From Lingula anatina (Eukaryota; Animalia; Brachiopoda), in the NCBI GenBank assembly GCA_051362555.1, contig CM120642.1, positions 28,210,001-28,274,000 on the forward strand: DNA of 64,000 nucleotides, given 5' to 3'. Below the pieces are notes generated by a model. It was not told where the DNA came from. It did no database searches and was given only the letters and a program-made list of their open reading frames with translations. Position 1 is the stretch's first letter. Every line of letters starts with the position of its first letter. Made by a program: the position numbers and the translations under genes. Of this stretch, positions 1-14,500 are shown in pieces.

Positions 1-137
1 AATGGCTAATATACTAAAATCATTAAAATGACTACAATATTTTAATCATAAACTCTCATTGGAAACCATTTAAAATTTACACTACTAAAAATCAATCTTA
101 TAAAAAAAAAAAAAACATATATATATTAAAATAAAAT

Positions 138-835
138 CTAAGAGATATAGACAGAATTAAAAAAGTGGGTCTTTAAAAGAGATTTAAAATTGTCAAAGTC
201 TTCTGTTTTCCTAATAAAATTTGGTAGACCATTCCACACTCTTGGGGCGTAGATTATAAAAGCACGATCTCCATAACTTTTTAGGCACCCCTTCTCTAAA
301 ACAGAATGTTCTAAAATAAAATCATTCTCAGTATTAAAACGTGTGGACCGCCGTGGTAAGTTAAAACAGATAAGATCAGATAAATATAATGGTCCTTGTG
401 AATGGATCGCCTTAAAAATAATACAGAGTACTTTAAAATCAATCCTCTGCTTCACAGGCAGCCAGTGTAATTCTTTCAGAATGGGATTGATATGGTGTGT
501 ACTATTGTACTTAATTTGACAAACCAGTCTTGCAGCTGAGTTTTGAATAACTTGTAACTTTTTAATCTGATAGTCACAAATACCAAAGAGGAGACTATTG
601 CAGTAATCTAATCTTGATGATATAAATGCATGTACTAATTTTTCAGTGGTTTTGTTATCTAACACTTTCCTTATTTTTCCAATGCGCCATAGTGCATAAG
701 ATGCTGATTTACACACTTCAGATACACGCTTGCCCATAGTGCTTATCAATGAACAAAACATCATTAATTCTCGTGTGAACATTTTCTGCATATCACGGTA
801 TGGAAAAATCACCCGAGGATTTGCTTGTTGACTTT
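138..835 (-). mobile_element. 5'-truncated non-LTR retrotransposon (L2/Crack clade, CR1 group), C-terminal part of ORF2, in MGAT4 intron 11
   Basis: ORF 138..812 carries L2-type post-RT motifs: LVHAFISSRLDYCNSLL, LQxIQNSAARL, HIxPILKELHWLPVKQRIDFK, GDRAFxxYAPRVWNGLP, FKSLLKTHFF. A frameshifted (N)LGVIF remnant lies near 805-825. Same orientation as the host gene. Confidence 0.88.
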
Positions 836-871
836 AGTTAAAAACCCTGAAAGCGAGCAATGTTATCTCAC

Positions 872-3800
872 CTCTCTAATGCTATTGGTGGATTAAACCT
901 GAAGATACACATATCGCCAGCTTTGGGAAAGGTTCCCCAGAAAAAGTCCAGGCCCAGATAGGCGTCATCCAGGGAGTATTTCTGGTATTTTTCTATCGTG
1001 GTGGACACCTCAGCTGGAGGGTTGGTGTGGGGATGATGGAGCTGAGCCTTGCCAAAGTCCTTGTCCTGATAGAACAAAATATATGTCTGAGGTTTTTATT
1101 TGAATTTTTATTATCTTTAGTATCCCATAGTCAAATCTCACCATGTGTTCAACAAGCCTAAGGTTCATATCTACTGTAATAAATTTAACCTGCAATAGAA
1201 ATCTCTCATTTGTAAGAAGAGGATTAAATAACATTATATGACTTATGGACACATTTCGATTTGTTGAAGGTAATAAAAACACAGCATGACTATTGGGATT
1301 GGTTCAATTTGATCTTTAGCATTTAATAGACATATGTTCAAGGACATATGGCTTGGCTTTTTGGATTAGATTATTTCCAGCATCAAGTGAATGTCTCATC
1401 TTGAAACGTAATGAAATATTGATTTAGAATCCTTATTACAAGATGCAAAAAATGTTAAACCAGACTGTTTCATTGTATAAAACAAACTTGGGGAATATTT
1501 TTGCAATACATTAAATTACCATATTTTTGTGAAATTTCTTGTTGCAATGACATATGCCTGACCAATATCATTCTTACTTTTAATTTCTGCACTTTTCCCT
1601 TTAGTGAAGAATGCATTCCTACGTGCTGAAACAGGGAGGGTTTGAAGCGGCGGCGTAAACTGCTCTTCATTCGGTCGCAGTATTTCTGAAAAAAAAAAAG
1701 TCATTTCAAAGACTGCTTTACACTGACACAGGAATAAATTAGTGCACTAGTACAACATGTGATTCATAGGTTTTAAGCACACTTATGAAAAATGTGTTTC
1801 ACATTTTCAAAATATGATAGTAACAGAAACTTAAATCATGGCTTATTCCTACTCAATTAAAACAAATAACATAAAATTTCCTGAAATTTTTCTGTTATGT
1901 AATTTTTTCCTTATATTTCTCCCCACATGATAAACAAGGAATAAACAATAATTGTGTATTCATTCCCCTATTCATTTACTCACTGCATCCTTCTCTGGAC
2001 TACACAATTTGACAAACAGATAATGGTCAAGTAGCCAGTCTATGGGCTTCTCTGTGTAGAACATCAGGATAAACTCTATCAAGTATGGCAAATCAGCAGA
2101 CTTGAACATCTTCCCTGGAATAATAATAATAATTATGATATTATTAATAATAATGTAACAATCAGATTACACCCCTGGGCTTGAGTATCAAAATTAGCAC
2201 TTCACTGTCCAGCAAAAAATGCAAGCATGTGCCAGTTAACACAATTCACTACATACTTGTTTCATTAAACATTTAACAATTTACAAAACACTCAAAATGT
2301 AGCATGATATTAACAATACAATAATATTTGAAAGTGGCACAAATTGATACAAAAAAGGACATAGAGTTGCTGGTTATCTGTATCACTGTATCCCCCAACA
2401 TGTTTTCAATATTGTCCCATGCACAGCTCATATTTCTATGACTATGAATGTTTCAACCCAGTTTACAGCCAAATCACCAATGAAGCCCAGGTATGAGAAC
2501 TCCAGCAGTAGCCAGTCATCTGTTTTCTGGCTGAGAGCAAAGTTCTTCATGATGGTCACGTAACCAGACTTGGCCATGACATCATCTTCCAGCTGGAAAA
2601 GAAAGAAATAGCACCCAATGCTGCAGTTACTGTGTCACATGTAATGGCATATCATGATTAAAAGTAAGTAAAGTCATGCCCTGTATAATTCAGAGATGAA
2701 ACTGCCAATTTAAAAGTGAAAAAAAAAAAAAAGTTGGAAAAATATCATCTCTGATAATTTCAAGAACTGGATGGGTTTTGTTCTAAATATGGTACTGTGG
2801 GTTTCAGATGTTACTAAAAACTGACCCCAATTATCAGCATTTCTCTCAGTCTATCTCTGGATTGATATGATATAAAATATCCAACAGTTAAGTTTGCAAC
2901 ACAATTTCACTGCTTCAAAGTGTACATAGCGTTTTATTAAAGAATTCATATCTAAATCTTCTTACCTGTACATAATACGTCCCCCTTGTTCTGGCATACA
3001 TCCACAGGTACACAAAGTCCAGGTTTTGTTTACTTCTCCATCTGAAATAAAGTGTGAGACAAACATGATGTGAGTAAATACTGGTTGGCTGGTTGATGAA
3101 CAGATAGCCCAGCAGTGAAAATGAAAATAAGTCCACTTTGTTATTGTTATATCAAAGTTAGGTTAAAAAAAAAAGCAAACAAACGATATGGACATACATC
3201 TTAAAGCGTTTGCAAAGTCATAAATATTTCCAGTAAAGCATTAAATTTTTTGTAAAAAATTAAAAGCCTTAAGATTTAGCATTACTTATGCATGAACCAA
3301 CCAAAAGTATCAGGGGCATATCTACAGAAAAGTTTACTAATAACTATCACATTTAACAGCTGCAAGAAAGTAAAAAAAATGGAGTGGCGCCCTCTTCAAA
3401 TGGCACCCCAGGGTAAACACCCCCAGGTTAGTGTCTCTCACCTTGTCCTCTCCTTGGAGTCCCCCAGGGTCTCCTTTATGCTGTCCAGATCAGGGTAATA
3501 GGAGGCAGAGGGGCCTAACACCTCAATAAGACCTGAACCCACTTCATCTGGAAAACTGATGACAGGATATATTATATTATATTATATTATATTATATTAT
3601 ATTATATTATATTATATTACAACATTCAAAATAAGTTAATTACATCTAAATGTAGAAATACTAAAAGGAAGTTTCATTTTGTATACATCTTCAGATTGAA
3701 CACCTTTGCTTGATTAAACTTTTTTATGCAGACTGCACATATACATGCTTTCTCTGCAGACACCATCACATCTGAGACTAGGGTGGAAGAGGCAGTATAA

Positions 3801-4053
3801 TTAACCTCAGGTGCATTTGAAAACAAAACTTTCTATAGGTGTCCATAACAGCTACTCACTTTGACTTGACCAGCTCTGCCTGGCTCTGGATGTACTTCAC
3901 ATCATAGGGCTGAAAGCAGAAATTTTATTATTAAAAGTAAAATTGCTAGTATGAACAGGTTCTTCTTATTAAGTAATATACATGGGCTTCTTTGTTAATT
4001 TACCCCGTTACTTGAGGTATCCTATCCTGGGATTTCCAATCAAATCTAATTTT

Positions 4054-4112
<59 letters not shown>

Positions 4113-7100
4113 ACAAATCCTTGCTCAGCCATCCCTGCACTTGGATCTGAGGTTTTATAACATTATTTTGTAAATCTTAATTTAAAAATTTTAATTTAAA
4201 AATCAAATAATTTAATTCTAAATGCCTGGCCTGTCACATAGACCATCAAGTCTTCTGTACATTTTAGAAGGAAACATTGACATCAGGTACTTCATTTTTT
4301 TTTTTTTTTTGTGTTGTTGTTGTTTTTAACGTCTGAATTGAGAAAGATATTGAGCAGACAAAGACAATTTTATTTTGGGATATTTTCAAATATGAATAGT
4401 ATAATTTACATTAAACAAAAAAAAAAAAATTAAATCACCTGAATATTTCTTTTAACTGTTCAATATGGTTTTCTTTCTTAAAGTAGTAAATTAATCAGTA
4501 ATTTTATGACACAGCTGGTTGCAATTTACTTTAAGCTATATTAGCTTGAGAAACAATAATCTATCAAAATGAATATATTTGAAAGAAAAAGGCATTAAAA
4601 AGAGAAACTGCATCACTTACCATACCATACTTCACGAAAACATCACGACTCAACATAATTAATGTACCATTATATAACAATGGTGAACCCAAATGTAATC
4701 ACTAACAGCTGTCACTGAATTGTATTTTCTATAAAGTTTCCCATCCCTTATTCCTTGTTGAACTGCATACTAAATTCCATTTTTTGTATGGGTTTTATTA
4801 TACCGTTTATGGAGATATAGTCAGGCTCAAATAAATAACCTCAACAGAAAATAAAATGATTTTTCTAGTATCAGTCATGCTGCTCAAGTTTTGTCAATAA
4901 AATCAGATGTTATAAGCATGCATGATAAGTACATGAAAGGGTAATTTACTTTTTACTTGGAAATCGGGATGCTTTTGGGAATAAGATTCAACATGAAGAG
5001 CCATCTTCACTTTTACTTTAAGAGTTAGTCAAAAAGGCCTTGCAAGCATGCTTGCTTGCGTGTGTGTGTGTGTCTGTGTGTGTGTGTGTGTGTGTGCACG
5101 TGCATATGTGTGTTAAAAATTCAAGCCACATCTGGTAAATGTTCAGGCTGATTTTAAAAATTTGAAAAATAAATAAATAATATTTATACAAGCCATTTAA
5201 ATCTACCTTTACTTTTCAAGAATTAAAGTAAATTCATACTATTTGACATGTGAAAGGGAGGGACTGCTATCTATGACATTTCTTTGGCAGAAAATGGAAA
5301 TACTTAAAAGACTGTTTGAAGATTTCTAAGATGAGAAGAGGTTTTGGGTTTCCAGTATCTAAAAGTATGTTCAATTCATTCCAGTGGTGTGAAAATGCTA
5401 GCAAACCAAACACATTCCATCAATATTAACAATGCACTCTCTGATTGCTTCTCTAGTTGTAAATATCACACAGTCAATCATACCTACCTCTGCTATTAAC
5501 ACAACCAGCAATGTATCATTCTTTTCTTCTTCATTGAGGTTATCCACCAGCGACCTCAAAGTATCCAGTAAATAGCTGTTTTTCTCTCTCTTCACTGAGG
5601 GAATACCAACAACGATTGATACTGGAAAAATAGCATATTTATCAATAAGTTATTTGATTAATAAGATGTGATATGGAAGATGTTGTTCCCATTTTTTTTC
5701 TCTCGCTCTCATACCACTATGTGACCATAAAAATGTAAAATATATTTTTGACAAACATTACAGATTATGAAGTAACTTTTTAAAAAACAGTGGGTTTAAA
5801 AAGCGAAAACAATCAATCTGCCACTATTATGTGTAGCCTACTGATTGCCCCATAGAAAAAGCAAACCAATGGACAATAACAGAGGAAGCAGACAGTTGGT
5901 TAAATGTGTCAATAGAATAGTACTGGAAATGAACCACTAATTGATCATGAATTGTATTAGAATACATGTAGTACTGGATATGAACCAATAATTGAGTATG
6001 TATTTAACTGGAGAGATAAGTAATGGCAGACTCAAAGGTGAATCAATGAAACTGAGCATGATTATATTCAGAACGGATAAACAGAATAATCCAGAACACC
6101 TTCATAATTTCAAATAGATCTACACAGCATCAGATCAATCATATTATGTTTTGTATCAAGAACCAATCATCACTTGGAATAAGTCATTCTCTCGTATTTT
6201 CTACCATATATAATCACATGCTCTGCTTTAAACAATAACCTGCCATCTTTTATACTTTGTAACTGCAAAACAATTTATTTGCAAATTACTTCATCATAGT
6301 TCACAAAAAATATCATACCAAACTCACTTTTAAAAAAATTCTTAAAACTAGATGTAAGCAAGTATTCTCAATAATCTGAAAGGTCACACAATTTACCATT
6401 GATCATACTTTTGAATATGGAGAGCTTACTCAGCATGGTGAATATAAAAATTATAATGCAATAATTCTGTCAATACTAGTACAGGTTATAAGCAAATTAT
6501 AATATGCAGCTAAGGGATTCTAAAGGATTCCTTATAATAGCAAGAATATTCCATGAAACTGTTTTCAAAATTAGACATCATGAAACAAAATTACCATTAT
6601 TTGAAGTGACGGTTCAGTCTGAGACCCATAATTTTTATTGTCTTAAACATTAACATTTTCTATCAACTAAATTTCCCAATATAAATAAATCAACAGGCCA
6701 AATGTAGTCTAAAATTGCAGTTATAAGTGAGAATGGAAAGAATTCAAAGCAATAGTGTCTTTTTCCCCCCACTGGGAATCAAGGCAATGAACAGTAGTGA
6801 AACTTCCATTTCAAGATCAATCATCACTCACAATTACCAACAGAACAGCACTAAGTACAGCCTTTCTATACCGATTTATATGAGAAAGAGCTTTCAACAG
6901 ATACTGACAATGCAAGACAGATATATATATTATTTAAAACAATGTGTCTTAACATGAAGGATATACATTACAGCAAATACTGTATTCATAAACATATTCC
7001 AACTATAACATCTGGAGTATTGGTGGACCCAGTCTAGGCAGCCTGACTTTCAGAGATAACTGGAAACTAAGGGCTTATTCCCAATGACACTATCATTCTA

Positions 7101-10100
7101 TGTAGATGGTTCCAACTCTGCAGGGACTCTTGCTGAATGCAATCGGATTAACAGAAAACATACCTCCTCCTTGCATTGAGTTGAATACAGAAAAAACATT
7201 GCTTATATGAACAAGTTGGAAACAAGAAGAAAAGTGCTAAGCCATTAATCTGATTGTATTCAGCAAGATGCCCTTACATCTTAGGGTGTATTCCCAGAGA
7301 TTTAGATCGATCCAGGGATTAAGATTTAGATCGACCTAACTCCCTGGGTTTCACGCTAAATTGCAGTCAGCCGAGCGTGCACCATAGTTAATTACCTCCT
7401 TACAGCTTTCAGTAGGCGGGACAGACGCCTAAGCCAGCTAAGCTGACAGTATTCTAGTGAGACTCCCCACAGGGATAGATCGATCTAAAATCTATGGAAA
7501 TGGGGTCTTAGTCCTAGTATATAAAAATTTCATTGGGAAGATGATATCGAAGGATTCTTACATTTTTTCAAGTCTAAATGCATTTTAGCTTTAATATAAC
7601 TACATGATGCATGGATTATTGCAAAGCAAAGAATTATATTACTATATATTGTTAAAAAATCTCTTCACAATGTAAAATGTGTGAACTGTGGGGTAGCTTT
7701 ATTTGGAACCTAAAATTGACAAGCATACCTACATCATAAAAAAAACCCTCTTTATACTGTATAAAAAGAAAGTGGCAGTCATATTCATCTTTAATCTTTG
7801 AGACAAAAGATGGCTCTTTTCACAAAATATCAATGATATTTCAGCCCCCAAACCATAGGCAACAGGGAGGAAGAGAAAACACATGCTGTTGGAAGATATG
7901 AGTTTACTGAATAACAAATATAATTGAAGTGGAAATTAACAGTTGATTCCAAATAAATACAACTCTCTGCAATTTCCTCTTAAAATCATGACTCATTGTT
8001 TCAAATCCTGTTACTATCTACATGCTAATTAATTTTTGAGAATTCAAACACTTCCTGACTTGAGGGGATCTAAATGATTCATATAGATGTCTCTAAATCT
8101 CTACTGTTCCATAACCATGCATTACCTCATGCTGAGACACTCACAGGTGTCTATTTAGTAGCAGCCGGACTGGCCTATTCGAAACTTAAACTAAACATTA
8201 ATAGGCAAGCCTGCCTCAGGAAAAGATTTGAAAAACTGGCAAGAACTGCTCACATATTTCTCAAGACCAGTCAACATTGAGATTTATTTTTTTGCTCTAA
8301 ATCAAAAATATATAATTGTTATATATATTCATGTTTTCTCCTTATGTTTTCATGAAAATATTCTGATCACCCCAATTTCATATTCAAAATACACAGATCT
8401 TGAAAAAGCATGTTTTCCATGAAGCCAAATATATTGAATGGTGTATGGACCCCCGCACTTTCTAAATGGGTGCTTAAAGAAAATTTAAATGTAGTCAAAT
8501 TCACTGAACCAACAGCCACAGACCAGTAATAGTATCTTGAGGACAATCAGCCAAACTTGGAAATCATCCATTATTCAAAGCCCATTGCGTCAATGTTTAA
8601 CTTGAAACACCTGTGACTTTGGGAGCAGAAGTCATTTCATTTTACGCCACACTACACTTCTTTCTCTTTTGCAAAAAAAAAAAAAATCTCATTTTGAGAA
8701 TTTTATTTGTTCTTTTTTTATCATATCAATCATTTTATGTTATAAAATGGGTAAAAAAAAATTAAACAACATTATGATGAAAATATTGCAGGTTTGATAA
8801 ATTTTTATATAATTTGAGAAAATCACGTAATTGTTGAAAATCAGGGTGCATGTAGAAGTATTCAAGTGCACAGCTGGTTTTGGTTATTTATTTTATACTC
8901 AGTTTGCTAAATAAAACAACAAAATTACAAGGTGAGAAAACAGCATAAAATTTTTATAGGAAGAGAGAGCTGACATGTGCACAACTGCTGCAAAATAAAA
9001 CATCTATTAAAAATAAATATAAAACAAGGCAGCAAAGCTGTCAAATGTACAGACAAAAAGCAGAAAATAATGGTGTACAAAATAGGCTATTGTCAATTCT
9101 GATAATTTTTTACAACATTGTTCTTGACATTTATCTCTTATAACATCTATGTCTGTACATAAAAATAAAGTCTCAAGATTTGGTCTCAGTTCAGACAGAT
9201 AAAATCAGAGCCCATTTAAAATTACAATTTTCAAAAGTTTATCTCAATGATTTAAAAATCCAAAGATAATAGGAAAAACAACTGACAGAGCTGCTCTACT
9301 GGTCCAGCTAGATTAGTAGCTTAAGTATTTAAAAAATCTTGATACTACAGACTATTATAAACTTGCATTTAATTTAATGAAATAAAAAATTATCTTATAC
9401 AAACCTCCTGTTCTACCCCTAGAGATCCTAAAAGCTGGTGACAGTGCTTCAATGCGGCCATTCAAATGTGTCAGTTCATGGAACATATCAGGGGGACGGA
9501 TGGCATCGTAGCTCAGACTGGTCAGTAAGTCCCTGTACTGCGACCTGAGAGCAGTACTGATGCTGAAATAAAAATTAAAAAAAAATATATGTAAATACAT
9601 ATTAATTACACACATATTTGTGGGAGATATTCTTTACACCACACAAAAAACATACATATGTAATTGATAGTTATCATTGTGGCTTTTTGGAATTTAAAAA
9701 CCATATGCCATGTTTAGGATAAACTGTCATTGTTTTGAAAACCATTTGAAAATTCATAACTGTGCACGGCATGATGAATGTCGTTTACAGTCTGTGCTAA
9801 AAGATTTTTTGACTACTAACCCTTTGGATTAGCAGGGTGTAACAGTGGGAAAGTGATACAATAATAAAATTTAAACTTTTGCCTATATCCCTGTGCCTCT
9901 TTACTGGTAGTTGGACAATTGCCTCAGACTATGGCCTAACAGTACCGAGTACGTTTATCACATGAAAAATTCAAAAATTAACTGAAATACATGTTGGAAT
10001 GCCATCTACAGAATTTTCACTGAATAAATAACTTTAAATTAAAGGTGATGCTAACACTTAGCATTAATGTTATAGCAATGCAATATGTTGTATAAATTCT

Positions 10101-11480
10101 ATCATAAAATGTGCCAATAATACGGCCTCTTTGCCTTTCAACATTAAAAATTTACTTCACCTTTGTGTCAAAATGTGAAGCAAATAAAAAACCATGTAAT
10201 ATTTAAATACTAGAGAAACAAACCTTTCAATGTTTTATGAACAGCTGTTCTCATCTCTCTATTTTTATTATTATTGCTCAACAGAGAATAAATAACGCTC
10301 CTTTAAAGGGATAATAACTCTTAGTTTTGGCCAAAAAAATGAATTTTCCTGGAGTAAACAACAATTTTCTCATTCTTACCAATGGTTAATGAATCTGTTT
10401 TTACATTCAAAGTTAGTCCCTGTTTTTTTTTTTTCTTAAGAGATTATAACAAAAAAAGATTAAGAGATTATAACAGAGTATAGCCATCAATGGAGGTCAC
10501 GTGGTCTAAAGACAAGCTCAGATATCAGAATAATAGCTATAACTGCCGTTTTGTGGTAAAACAGAATGAATCATATTTCTATGAGTTGTTCACAATGTGT
10601 TTACTGTGAAATATAGATCTCATACGAAGAGTTATTTTCCCTTTAACTTAAAAAAAAAACCTGTGCAGAATCCATAGGTACCGGATAATTAACCTTTTGG
10701 CATTATAAGACATTTCTTGCTGCCATTATGTAGCCCGTGCTCTCAATGGCCAACTTTAAAATAATTGCTCAAATGTCAGACATAAAGGCTGTTTTTCCAA
10801 ATACTTGGAGTGGAAGCTGAAGTCATTAAGGCAGACAAGATTATTAGTGAACTTAAAAAAATTAATTTAAAAAAAATGTATTGCTTCAAAACACAAACAC
10901 TATTGTTGAGTTGGTTTATACTTTCCAATGAATACGATCATTATTTTTGGAAGGTAAAATTTGCATGTTTTTCTTTACATGCTAGCTTTGTACTGACAAA
11001 AACATGACATTTAGCTTGAAAAGCGTGTAAATATATGCTGGTATATATATTCTATCATTCACATACGGGCATGTTAATTATTTAAATAGGAGATTTCAAA
11101 AGTAGTAGTGTGCAGCTGATGTATAATTGATGTTAAGTATGATTATTCAAAGTTAAATATTTCTGTAGTAAATGACATGTCTGATTATAGGATAACTATA
11201 GGATTATGAGTAATATCGCTGTTTCCACATGATTTTCATAGATTTACCACTGAAAATATAAGACGGAGGGAAGCTGTATACCTGTGAAAACCATGAGGAA
11301 ACAGCAGCAGTGCTCAAAACTGTATGTAGATATGGACCCCTATATTTTTATTGGTAAAATGCAGGATTGCACAGGCTTGAATTGTGTATAATTTCAAGAG
11401 AGTCTGAGAGCAAATAAAGGTATAAGAAATGTAGCAGAGAACGTTCGTCTAGGGTGTGATATCCATATATACTAACTCTC

Positions 11481-11523
<43 letters not shown>

Positions 11524-14500
11524 AACACAATTGTAATTTACAAACCAACCTGCTGTCATTACTGTCCTTCAGTTTATTCTGCAGGATAGAACTAAACTGT
11601 CTCCGAAGAGATTCATATGCACTCTGTTTCTCCTTGCCAAGTTTCTCGGAGAGAAGTAATTTTGCACTAAGTTCTGTAATACGTTGGTGCATCAGTTGCT
11701 CCCGGCTCAACCCTACAACAAAGAAATAAATAAGATAAATAAGAAATGGTGGTTATGTCATTGAGATTATAATTAGTAGGCTTCCCTTATAATTTCTTTT
11801 TTTTCCCTTAAATACAAATGAATATACAAGATAGACTTGAAAATAATCTCAACCAAATGCGCACATGCATGCAAAAAAAAAAAACATGCACTGTAATATA
11901 TCATCAATAATTTTGTTATTACATCTGATTCATCAAAACTGTCCTTGGAGAATCCTAAAATAAGAAAAATATTTCAGTCTTCTTTTAAATTATTTTTGTG
12001 CTTTATTAGCGAGTAGTCTGAAACCGACAAAAAAAAAAAAAAAAGACTGGTTAAAGACAGACCTTACCCAGACCTCTGTCAAGTAAACAGATCCTGCCAT
12101 TATATGGATTAACTGGACTAAAATTGAGTTACTAATTGATTTGTCAAAGGGCATGACCAGAAAACAGAAAACAATTAGCTTAGGGAAGATTGCCTAGACT
12201 GAATGAAATATCTTGGTGATTAGTTTTGTGAGCCTCATGTGGCTGCTCATCCAGCTTTGGCAAAATAAGCCAAGTCTGTATACGGTGGGCGTGGGAGTGT
12301 TAGAGAGGGCTCTTACTTGCAGAATTTAATTTTGTCAAAGGTACCCAATTTAAAACTTTTTGTTATTGTAGGTGTAAAAGTGTATGTGAAACTCTTCACA
12401 TTTTTGACCTAAAATAGTTATCCACTTACCCACACCTTCATACACACAAACACGATTTACTCTTTTTAATAATTTAAAGAAATTACCAAATTTATGCAGA
12501 AATTTGACATGGAATAGCAGAAATGATCATGCCGCTTACTAAAATTACACGTAGAAGGCTTGCTTCTGTATGCTTCAGTTCAATATACCTGAAGCATACT
12601 CAGCAGCAAAACTAACATCTGGCATGCAATCTTGGCAGTTCGTTTATATGAGATCTAAGAGTGGGAAAAGGTCTTCTTTTTTCATTTTCATTTTCTGGCA
12701 TTTAACACAGTTCAATTTCTAGCTTAAAGTGTACACTTTTCTGTTGGAAAATACCAACATTTGATTTGTACCTGTAACCTATCTCTTCTTTGTGTTTATT
12801 AGATAAAGGTATTAGTAACAAAGCAACCCCTTAAATCTAATATTCATTTCCCCAAGGAGTGGGCTTATTATTTACGTAATAATAGCACTTCCAAGAAATA
12901 CCCATCTTACTGAGTGAATAATTTGCGGTATGTGCATAAAAGACCTGTTATTTTTATCAGCATTGGTTACAAAGTTAGCTTACTTGTACTCAAGTAGCAG
13001 ATAACAAGGCAAAGAAGGTTTCAAAAAGACCATCTAATTTTTTTTTTTTTTTTGCTATCATTCATTTATAATTCTTTCTTTGTTTTCTAGTTCAGCATGC
13101 ACTCGTGATCATTTATCTATACTTTTTCCTGTCTGGTGATTCTTTATGGAAAATTAATTTCAAATTTTGTTCTTTTAATTCCACCATTCAAATGGTCTGC
13201 TTTTTTAATTTGGGGGGGGGGGGGGTTGATGAGGCTGGATCACCTTCATGAAGACAGCTAGTTTTTCCTTTTTTTTCTTCCAATGAAAATGTTTGCTCTT
13301 AAGACATTAAGGACAATTAATTTTTCTTCCTATCTACCTGTTTTTGAACCAGTGTTCCTAAAATCTCCATAAGACAACAATACGTACAGTAATACACCAA
13401 CTATAATACAAAGCACCAAGTACACATCAAATACTGGTACATGGATGAAAATAACAGTGGTCAAATGCTTCACTAGTGTGTAACAGGACACCACGTATGT
13501 ATACACTTGGCACCTAATCAAGTGTACATAAGCATACTAACAAGCTTTACCTGTTCTTTATTCAGCCTGCTGTAGCATATTAAAGTAAACATGGTCACTG
13601 TTGACTAATGGGATAAAGATACAGAAGTCAATACTGTGTTATGTCACATTTTTTTGTATTATTAATGCAGTGTATGCACAAGGGAAGATCAATGCCTCTG
13701 AAGCATGAGAAGTTGCTACAAGCTGTTGCTATCCCAGATGAATTTACTTACAGTATCTTATCTGGTGCTTTAAAACAGCTAGGAGAAATGTTATAAGTTG
13801 CTAACAGCAACAACTATTTCTTTTTAAGTATTGTGTATTTTTAAAGTATATACAAAGAAACTGACTTAAACACTTTTATTTGCATTCAGGTTTGAGATAC
13901 TAGTATGCAATTTTCATTCCTTCTGTGCATCCTGATATTACCAGACAATGTAAAAAATCAGTAAAGAGAAGAAATTGTGGGAAAATTATCTCTATGCATG
14001 GTTTCATATAATGATAAGAGTTCTGACTTACATGCACTAGTATATCATGACAGATGTCGAGGACAAAAGACCAAGACAAGGTGGAATTTGTGTGTGTGCA
14101 TGATATGTATGGGCACCTTGGTCTCCTTATTTCTGCCTTCAAGTTGGTAAAACTATGTCCATCAGGATCAAGATCATTACGACAGTTATTCTCCATCTCC
14201 AAATTCTCTTTCCTTTGTTTTCTGTCTTGCAACATTTACCACAATGAGAGACAGACAGAGCTTGGTATTCAAAACTTATGTACTAATATTCCAATAATAA
14301 AAAAAAAAAATCAGGCACTCCCATGGGCAAATCTTGTGAGGACAGGGTGGGTGGGTGTGTGTGTGAGTGTGTAACCCAACAGATGAGGTCACCAGCAGAT
14401 TAGCTTCGAGTAAAGTGTACCATTCTTTTCCTGATAAGTTGGAGGTCATAGGGTGGTACACACAGGGATAAGACTGGCATTAAGTGGAAAAGTTGGAAAA

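Noticed and set aside
847-871. Mini-intron GTGAG...TTTCAG that could splice MGAT4 into the LINE
   Set aside because: It is only about 25 nt, too short for a metazoan spliceosomal intron.
3982-4173. Poly-Lys ORFs (also 24714-24911, 62133-62417)
   Set aside because: Artefacts of homopolymer or dinucleotide runs.
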